From Lysobacteraceae bacterium (GTDB lineage: Bacteria > Pseudomonadota > Gammaproteobacteria > Xanthomonadales > Xanthomonadaceae): a DNA stretch of 64,000 bases. Positions 1 to 7,100 of this stretch are shown piece by piece (positions within the stretch are counted from its first letter, which is position 1; the number at the start of each line of letters is the position of its first letter). The position numbers and the translations under genes are program-made. The DNA lies in NCBI GenBank assembly GCA_016789405.1, contig JAEUPQ010000034.1, forward strand, positions 1 to 64,000, read 5' to 3'. The notes beneath the pieces are model-generated. The model saw only the letters and a list, made by a program, of their open reading frames with translations. It was not told the DNA's origin and did no database searches.

Positions 1-1
1 G

Positions 2-184
2 ATCGCGCCGGACGGCTCGGTCTACGTGCTGCACAACCGTTCGGGCGGCGGCACCGACAACATCAACCAGACCTACACGGTCAACCTGTCGGGCGAAGCG
101 CTGAACGGCACGTGGAAGCTCCGCGTGAACGACAACGCCAATGCCGATACCGGCTACATCAACAGCTGGAGCGTCACGTTCTGA
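2..184 (+). CDS. 3' end of a secreted protease-type protein: C-terminal P-domain (proprotein-convertase / pre-peptidase C-terminal beta-sandwich). Gene is 5'-truncated by the window edge
   Basis: Frame-2 translation IAPDGSVYVLHNRSGGGTDNINQTYTVNLSGEALNGTWKLRVNDNANADTGYINSWSVTF then stop. The G-x-W-x-L-x-V-x-D ... G-x-L-x-x-W-x-L pattern is typical of P-domains at the C-termini of secreted S8/M-family proteases. No start codon in window. Confidence 0.5.
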   Translation: MAPDGSVYVLHNRSGGGTDNINQTYTVNLSGEALNGTWKLRVNDNANADTGYINSWSVTF

Positions 185-246
185 TCGGAAGGATTCGATC
201 TGGGTGACGCGTTTCGAGCCGCGGATCGCAAGATCCGCGGCTCTTT

Positions 247-1914
247 TCATTGCCGGCCCACGCGCGACGCGGCCCACGCCGCCAGCTTTTCCCGGCCGAT
301 CTTCGCGTTGTGGCGGATGTCGACCGGGAATGCCGCAGGGTGATGCAGGAAGGCATCGACCTTCGCCGTGTGCACGAATCCATCGCCGAGGTGGCGCAGT
401 TCCTCTTCGATGCGCGGCCATTCCTGTGCGGACACGCCCGCACGCAGCTCCACGCACAGCACCGCCCGCTGCGCACCGAAGGCGCCAACGCCGACCAGCG
501 CGGTGCGCCGAACCTCGCGATGGGTGTTGAACACCGGTTCGACCTGCTCGGTGCACAGCGTCGTCGTCGCGGTCACCACGCGCTGCGATTTCCGGCCGCA
601 GAACCACAGTCGGCCCTCGGCATCGAAATAACCGAGGTCGCCCATGCGATGCACGATGCGTTCGCCGCCATCGGCCAGCGTCTCGCGGATCTTCGCCAGG
701 CGGGTCTGCGCGTCGCGATTGAAGTACAGGTCGGTGGCGCTGGGGCCCGCGACCGTGATCTCGCCGACGATGCCGCCCTTCACAACCAGATCGTCGGACC
801 AGCCTTCAATCGCGTCGTCGGTGACGCGGATCAGGCGCACCTCGTTCGGCGGCACCGCGCGGCCGACGCAGGTGCCTGCGCCCTGCTCGGTGCGCTCGCG
901 CAGCGTGAGCAGCTCGCGTCCCTCGATGATCGCCACCGGCAGGCATTCGGTCGCACCGTAGGGCGTCCAGAAGCGTCCGTCCGGTGGCAACAACGACTGG
1001 ATCTTCGCGACGACGTCCGCCGGTACCGGCGCACCGGCCGACATCACCGTCTTGACCGTCTTCAGCGATTCGCCGTGATCGGCGAGCACGCGCATCAGGG
1101 CCGGCGAGCCGAACAACTGGTCCACGCCGAAACGTTCGATCGCCGCGTGCAGCTTGCGCGGGTTCGCTTTCGCCGGCCGCGTCGGGTCCATGTCGGGGAT
1201 GATCGACGTCGTGCCCAATGCCGGATCGAACAGCGCGAACGGCGGAAACGTCGGCAGGTTCACGCCGCCCGGCGCGATGCCGAAGGCCGCGCCCATCATT
1301 TCGATCTGCGCCACGAAATGGCGGTGCCGGTACACCACGCCCTTGGGCACGCCTGTCGAGCCGCTGGTGAACAGGATCGCGGCCACGTCGTCGGGCCGGG
1401 TATCGGCAAGCTGTGGCCCGGCGCCGGCGCCACTGGCTTCGACGTCCGCCAGCGTTGCATCCGCGAGGATCGCCCGCGCACCGGTGGTCACGCGAATGCG
1501 CGCGCTGCGCGCCCAGCGCAGCAGCACCCGCGCGAACTGCGCCAGCGGAATGCCGATGAAGGCCTCGGGTTTCGCCTCGTCCAGGCATTGCCGCAGCGCA
1601 CGCTTGTCGATGCCCGGATCCACCAGCACCGGCACGGCACCGGCCTTGAACAGGGCGAACATCAGCAGGAAGAACTCCGGCGTCGGCCGCACCATCACCA
1701 CCGTGCGCGTGCCCCGCGCGATGCCGCGCCTTGCCAGCCCGGCGGCGATCGCATCGCTGCGCGCGTCGAGCTGGGCATAGGTCAGGGCCACGTCGTAGCG
1801 GCCGGACGACCCGGGGCAGCGCATCGCCACCTGGTCGGGGCGCTCGCGGGCCAGGCGCGGCAGGCTGGCGGCGATGTTGCAGGCGGCGGCGGGCGTGTCG
1901 GACGATGGATTCAT
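247..1914 (-). CDS. oleC: AMP-dependent synthetase/ligase, OleC-like (olefin beta-lactone synthetase family)
   Basis: 555-aa ORF. Adenylate-forming enzyme motifs: TSGSTGVPKG (P-loop), YGATE, and a GDLGYxDxxGxLxxxGRK hinge. It lies next to an OleB-like hydrolase, with an OleA-like thiolase 11 kb upstream. High third-position GC. Confidence 0.75.
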   Translation of the reverse strand: MNPSSDTPAAACNIAASLPRLARERPDQVAMRCPGSSGRYDVALTYAQLDARSDAIAAGLARRGIARGTRTVVMVRPTPEFFLLMFALFKAGAVPVLVDPGIDKRALRQCLDEAKPEAFIGIPLAQFARVLLRWARSARIRVTTGARAILADATLADVEASGAGAGPQLADTRPDDVAAILFTSGSTGVPKGVVYRHRHFVAQIEMMGAAFGIAPGGVNLPTFPPFALFDPALGTTSIIPDMDPTRPAKANPRKLHAAIERFGVDQLFGSPALMRVLADHGESLKTVKTVMSAGAPVPADVVAKIQSLLPPDGRFWTPYGATECLPVAIIEGRELLTLRERTEQGAGTCVGRAVPPNEVRLIRVTDDAIEGWSDDLVVKGGIVGEITVAGPSATDLYFNRDAQTRLAKIRETLADGGERIVHRMGDLGYFDAEGRLWFCGRKSQRVVTATTTLCTEQVEPVFNTHREVRRTALVGVGAFGAQRAVLCVELRAGVSAQEWPRIEEELRHLGDGFVHTAKVDAFLHHPAAFPVDIRHNAKIGREKLAAWAASRVGRQ

Positions 1915-2018
1915 GCCTGCATTCTCTCGCGACCGGCGCGGTGCTTGCCAATCACGGCCGGAAGCGCAGAATCCCCGACCCGTCCCTGTCCTCGTGTCAT
2001 CGCCCCGGTTCGCCGCGC

Positions 2019-2378
2019 ATGTCGCATCCCTGCCTGTCCTGCGGCGCCTGCTGCGCCGCCTACCGCGTCAGTTTCCACTGGTCGGAGGCCGACCCGGCGC
2101 TGGGCGGCGTCGTGCCCGTGGAACTGACCGAAACCCTCGGCGCGCACCAGCGCTGCATGCGCGGCACATGGTCGGACCAGCCGCATTGCGTCGCACTGGC
2201 AGGCACGGTCGGCGAGGCCGCGCACTGCACCATCTACGAAGCGCGACCGTCGCCGTGCCGCGAACTGCGGATGTCGTGGGAAGACGGCTCGCCCAACCCG
2301 CAGTGCGACCGCGCACGCGCGCGCTACGGATTGGCGCCACTCACGCCGGAAGAGGCCGCGCGGGCGCGGGACCACTGA
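2019..2378 (+). CDS. YkgJ-family (UPF0153) cysteine-cluster protein, putative Fe-S/Zn-binding
   Basis: 119 aa starting MSHPCLSCGACCAAYRV, i.e. the CxxCGxCC signature of the YkgJ/UPF0153 family. The ORF track shows a longer 1731..2378 ORF, but the family-typical N-terminus begins at the ATG near 2019. It lies opposite-strand between the oleC- and oleB-like genes. Confidence 0.55.
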   Translation: MSHPCLSCGACCAAYRVSFHWSEADPALGGVVPVELTETLGAHQRCMRGTWSDQPHCVALAGTVGEAAHCTIYEARPSPCRELRMSWEDGSPNPQCDRARARYGLAPLTPEEAARARDH

Positions 2379-2412
2379 CTCGCCATCGACGCCACTCGGG
2401 GCGTCTGCGCCA

Positions 2413-3309
2413 TCAGACCGGATTGGCGTCCAGGAAGCGACGGATCGCCGGCACCAGCACCTCGTGCTTGTCTTCCAGCACGTAGTGGTGCGCATCGTGG
2501 AAGGCATGCACCTCGGCATTCGGCAGCGCGCGCTGGAAGCCTTCGAGGAAGTGCTGGTCGAACACGAAGTCCTGGAGCCCCCAGGCGATGAACGCCGGGC
2601 GGTCCGCATACGTCGGCAGGCGCTGTTCCGATGCCTTCAGCAATGCCCAGGCGGGATCGCCCTCGGCGAGCGGGATGTCCTGGACGAAACGCAGCGTGGA
2701 AATGCGGTTCGCCCACGAATCGTAGGGCGCGACGTAGCCGCGATAGACGTCCTTCGACAGCTTGCGCGACACGCAGTCGCGCGCGGTGCCGGCGGCGAAG
2801 GCATTGAACGCGCGGATCAGGAGCGCACCCAGCATCGTGTTGCGGCACAGGTTCAACTGCCACGGCATCGGCTTGGCCGCAGGCAGCGGGAACGCGGCGG
2901 TGTTGGTGATCACCAGTCGGCGCACCTGCGCCTGGTGCGACAGCGCCCAGCCGAAGCCGATCATGCCGCCCCAGTCGTGCACCGCCAGCGTCACCGGCCC
3001 GTCGATGCCCAGGTGTTCGAGCAGCCGCGACACGTCGTCGACGCGCGACTGCAGGGTGTAGGTGTAGCGGTCGTCGCCGGGTTTGTCCGACAAGCCCATG
3101 CCGACGTGGTCCGGCACGATGCAGCGGTACCGATCGCTCAAGCCCGACACCAGGTGCCGCCACAGGAAGCTCCACGAGGGATTGCCATGCAGCATGACGA
3201 CCACCTCGCCATCGCGCGGCCCCTCGTCGAGGTACGACATCGCGATGCCGGGGCGAACCTCGAAGCGGTTCGGTGTGAAGGGGTAATCCGGGAAAGTCTG
3301 CGGGGTCAT
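2413..3309 (-). CDS. oleB: alpha/beta-hydrolase, haloalkane-dehalogenase-like (OleB-like)
   Basis: The ORF track gives 518 aa, but the first 220 codons are an Arg/Pro-rich run typical of GC artefact. The real protein starts MTPQTFPDYPF at 3309, giving 298 aa. It has the HGNPSWSF (HGxP) oxyanion motif, a VHDWGG nucleophile elbow (Asp nucleophile, dehalogenase-type) and a C-terminal His. It is adjacent to oleC. Confidence 0.75.
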   Translation of the reverse strand: MTPQTFPDYPFTPNRFEVRPGIAMSYLDEGPRDGEVVVMLHGNPSWSFLWRHLVSGLSDRYRCIVPDHVGMGLSDKPGDDRYTYTLQSRVDDVSRLLEHLGIDGPVTLAVHDWGGMIGFGWALSHQAQVRRLVITNTAAFPLPAAKPMPWQLNLCRNTMLGALLIRAFNAFAAGTARDCVSRKLSKDVYRGYVAPYDSWANRISTLRFVQDIPLAEGDPAWALLKASEQRLPTYADRPAFIAWGLQDFVFDQHFLEGFQRALPNAEVHAFHDAHHYVLEDKHEVLVPAIRRFLDANPV

Positions 3310-3364
3310 GTCGGGGTCCGGGCCGGCACCGTGGACGGCGGCAGCCTTGCGAAACGAGGCCGCC

Positions 3365-3434
3365 AAGAATAAGGCCTGTGCCGGTTTTTGGCACCGAAAC
3401 CGCACCGAAAAGCGCCGAAAACGCGACTTCGGCC
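3365..3434 (-). repeat. three degenerate 11-bp tandem repeats GCGTTTTCGGC / GCTTTTCGGT / GCGGTTTCGGT (minus-strand reading) followed by a short GTGCC-N7-GGCAC hairpin; possible weak terminator or RNA element after the PLD gene
   Basis: Plus strand reads ...gcctgtgccggtttttggcaccgaaaccgcaccgaaaagcgccgaaaacgcg... The TTTTCGG-type unit occurs three times at about 11-bp period. The stem is 5 bp only, so this is weak as a terminator. Coordinates approximate. Confidence 0.3.
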
Positions 3435-4145
3435 TCAGCGATCTCCGCCGTATGCGGCCCACAGGCGCTCGAAGCGCTCGGCGAAGGCCCGGACCAGGCG
3501 GACGTCGTCGGTGACGATCAGGTTTTCCTCGTTGCCTTCGGTGGCGCTGCGGGTCCAGTTGAAGCTGCCGGTGGCCAGGCGGCGTCCGTCGAACAGGGCG
3601 AACTTGTGGTGCATGTGGAAGGCGCTGGCGTCCAGCCTCACGGGCAAGCCGTGGTCGCGCAGGCGCAGCATGTCGCTGCCGGCATCGTGGACCTTGTGGT
3701 CGTCGCCGATGATGCGTACCGCGACGCCGCGCGCGTGGGCGTCGGTGAGCGCCGAGGTGAGCCGGTCGTCGGAGACGGTATAGACGCAGACATCGATCGC
3801 GCGCTTCGCGCCGAGGCACAGCTCGCGCAGCTTGCGCAGGCAGTCCTCGCCCGGCGAGAACCAGGCATTGGCATCCACCGGCGGCGGATCGGCGACTGCA
3901 TCGAGGGTGCGCACGACCTGCTCCAGCCATCGCAGCAGGTCCATCGGTGCGAACGCCGGATCCGACCACCGCTCGCGCACCAGGTCGAAGGCACGATTGC
4001 GCAGATACCGGACGCGGTCGCGCGCGAGCCCGGCGCCGAGCTGTCGCAGCTCGAGTTTCTCGTCATCGTCCAGCACCGCGTCCGCCGCGCTTTCGCGCAG
4101 CAGGCGATCCAGTTCGGCGAAATCGATCCGGGCCGCGTCGCTCAC
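3435..4145 (-). CDS. phospholipase D-family protein with a single HKD motif (Nuc-like endonuclease or single-HKD phospholipase / cardiolipin-synthase-like), with an N-terminal ~100-aa helical extension
   Basis: 236 aa. It contains HMHHKFALFDGRRLATGSFNWT, i.e. HxK(x)4D(x)6GSxN, the canonical HKD catalytic motif, present once. Single-HKD proteins act as dimers. The GTG start overlaps the stop of the upstream giant gene (GTGA), implying translational coupling. Confidence 0.75.
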   Translation of the reverse strand: MSDAARIDFAELDRLLRESAADAVLDDDEKLELRQLGAGLARDRVRYLRNRAFDLVRERWSDPAFAPMDLLRWLEQVVRTLDAVADPPPVDANAWFSPGEDCLRKLRELCLGAKRAIDVCVYTVSDDRLTSALTDAHARGVAVRIIGDDHKVHDAGSDMLRLRDHGLPVRLDASAFHMHHKFALFDGRRLATGSFNWTRSATEGNEENLIVTDDVRLVRAFAERFERLWAAYGGDR

Positions 4146-7100
4146 CGCGGCGTCCGTCCGAGCAGGCGGTCCGAGAATTCCTCCAGCGCCTTCTGCAACT
4201 GCACTTCGCGTTCGCCCGGCGGCACCAGGGCCTCTTCGCCCGGGGCCCGACGACGACGCGTGCCTGCGGCCGGTGCCGCCTTCATCGCTTCGGTCTGCGC
4301 GGTGATCCGTTCGGCGATCAGCGCCATGACCTGCTGCAACTGCACCTGCTGTTCGGCATGCCGCTCATACCACTCCGGCATGGGCGGCTGCGCAGCCGGC
4401 GGCGCGGCTTCGGGTGAGACCACGCGCGGTGCGGCCATCGCTTCGGACAACCGCTCCAGCGATGCGAGGATCTGCGCCCACGGTGCCGGCTCGGGAGGTG
4501 CAGCAGGCGTTGCGGGCGCACGTTCGCCCAGCTTCTCGAGACCGCGTACGCCTTCGACCAGGTCGGCCAGCTGCGCGACCACGCGCGGGCCGACCTCGGC
4601 ATCGTCGGACCCCATCGCCTTGTTGCGCAGGAAGTCGCGCTTGATCTGCGCCCAGCGCGCAGCCTGGGTTTCGCTCATCACTTCGCGCAGTTCCGCGAGC
4701 TTGAGCAGGTTCTCCTCGGCGCCGGTGGTGAGCAGCTGCGATTCGCCCTGGTAGTGGTCCGCGATGAGCTGCTGCAACTCCGCGGCATTCATCACCGGCG
4801 AGATCTTCTCGGCGAGCTTGTTCATGTTGCGGTAGCTGCCCTGCAGCTTGAACGACGGCTCGGTGCGGTACTTGTCGGCCTGCGCGGCGCTGGCGATGTA
4901 CTGCTGGTTGACGCGGTAGACCACTTCGCGCACCTGCATGAGACGCTCCAGTGTCGCGGTGATCTCGTTGATCTCGGCCGCGCTGTAGGCATGGCTGAGG
5001 CTGTTCGCCGAGAAAGGCTTGCCCGCGATCTTGTCGACCAGCTTGTAGAGATCGCCGAGGTCGCGCGTGGCCAGCGGCGCCAGCACGGCATTGGAGGTCA
5101 GGCAGTTCTCGACATAGCTCAGCTTGAAGGCCTCTTCCATGCCGCCCAGCACGTCGCCGAGGTTGTAGATGTCGGCACGGTTGGCCAGCATGTCCGGGAT
5201 CTTGAAGACCTCGCCGGACTCGGTGTACGGGTTGCCGGCCATGACCACGCAGAATTTCTTGCCGCGCAGGTCGTAGGTGCGGGTGCGTCCCTGCCACACG
5301 CCTTCGATGCGGCGGGTGCCGTCGCACAGCGAGATGAACTTCTGCAGGAACTCCGGGTGCGTGTGCTGGATGTCGTCGACGTACAGCATCACGTTGTTGC
5401 CCATCTCCAGCGCGAGGTTGAGCTTTTCAAGCTCCTGTCGCGCGGCGGCATCGGGTGCCTGTGCCGGGTCGAGCGAACGCACTTCGTGGCCCAGCGCCGG
5501 GCCATTGATCTTCATGAAGATCAGGCCGAGCCGGTGCGCAACGTACTCCATCAGCGTGGTCTTGCCGTAGCCCGGTGGCGAGATCAGCATCAGCATGCCC
5601 ATCAGGTCGCTGCGCTTGCTCTCGCCGACCGTGCCCATCTGCTTGGCCAGGTTGTCGCCGATCACGCCCAGGTAGACATCGTTGATGAGCTTGTTGCGCA
5701 CGAACGAACTCAGCGGACGCGCCTTGAATTCCGACAGGCGCAACGCCTCGCGCTCGCGCGCGACCAGCGCCTGGCGCAACGCATGGCAGCGCCGGAACTT
5801 CGGCAGGAAATCCGAACGATGCCGGCGCAACCGCTCGGCGATATCGTCGACGCCCAGATGGATCGTGCCCGCCGCGATGCGCGGATGCTCGCCGAGCAGG
5901 CCGGCGACGCTCGCGCGCAGGTCGACCTCGACCACCTTCGACAAGGCCTCATCGCCGAGCAGCAGCAGGGCCACCGCTTCCGGCAGATAGTCGATGAGCG
6001 ACGCCTGCGCGGGATCCTGCGCCAGCGCATCGAACCAGTGCCGCGCCAGGTGCCAGCGCGCGGCAGGCTGCTCGCGCAGCGCGTTGAGGGATGCCTGCAG
6101 GTCGTCCCAGAGTCGTTCGGCGACCAGGCGCTGCCGCAAGGCCTCGTGCAGCTGTCGAGCATACTTGCTGAATGCGAAGGACTGGTGCTGCGTGGCGATC
6201 ACGGCGATCAGGTAGTCGGCAGCCGGCGCGCACAGCGCTTCGTCCACGGGCAAACCCTGCGCCTGTGCTTCGGCGTGCATCGCGAGGGCGATCTCGTCGC
6301 GCAGGCTGACCAGTCCGCCACGGTGCGAAAACACGCGATCGATGCTCGTGGCATTGCGCGCACGGTCCGCCCAGAGCCCGGCGTCCTCGCGATCACGGAC
6401 GCTCGACCAGAACAGGCTCGCCCACGCGCGCGCCGCTGGTGCATGCACCAGCAAGCCGGCGCTGTCGCGCAGCGGCAGCAGCGCCGCCAGCAGCAGGGCG
6501 GCATCGTGGTCGTGGATGCCTTTCTCGTACCCGTCGCGATAGCGCGACGCGGAGAATTCGCGGATCGTCTTCGACAGCAGCTCCGGCTGCTTCGCCTGCT
6601 GGCGCAGCAGGTCGAGACTCAGTCCTTCGCGGCCGGCCTCGGCCGCATCGATGACTTCGCCCAGCAGGTACTCGGCGCGATAGAGCTGCGGCGACTCCGA
6701 CTCCAGGCCCAGCGACCAGAAGTCGCGCAGCGCGTCGAGTTCCGCGTCGCGCACCGGCGAGAAGAACTCGGTACCGGTCAGGTGCAGGGCAAGGCCATCC
6801 TCGCGCGGCAGCACCGTGAGATCGAGCTCCTGGGTGTTGACGCTGAAGCGGTGTCGAGGGCCGAGCTTGATGACGTTGCCGCCTTCCTCGAACAGCTCGG
6901 TGCGGTCGCGCAACGCGCGCACGGCCTGGTCGCGCACGCCCTTGAGGCGCGCGTCGATGTCGTCGGCCTTCACCGAATCCTTGAGCGCGCGCAGGCGATC
7001 GGCCAGGTCGCGCAGCTTCAGGATCAGCGCATCGCCGGCGAAGAAGGCATTGAGTTCGTCCATGCCCGAGAGCCGCGCAGTGCGCCTGCCGAGTCCGTCG

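Noticed and set aside
3310-3969. N-terminal extensions in track ORFs (oleB 518 aa, pspA-like 462 aa, kdpB 777 aa, hemN 544 aa, VIT 379 aa, engB-containing 545 aa, S8 468 aa, beta-helix 579 aa and others)
   Set aside because: The extensions are low-complexity Arg/Pro/Gly runs and lack RBSs. The family-typical N-termini begin at internal ATG/GTG codons that do have RBSs, so I trimmed the starts by in-frame codon counting.
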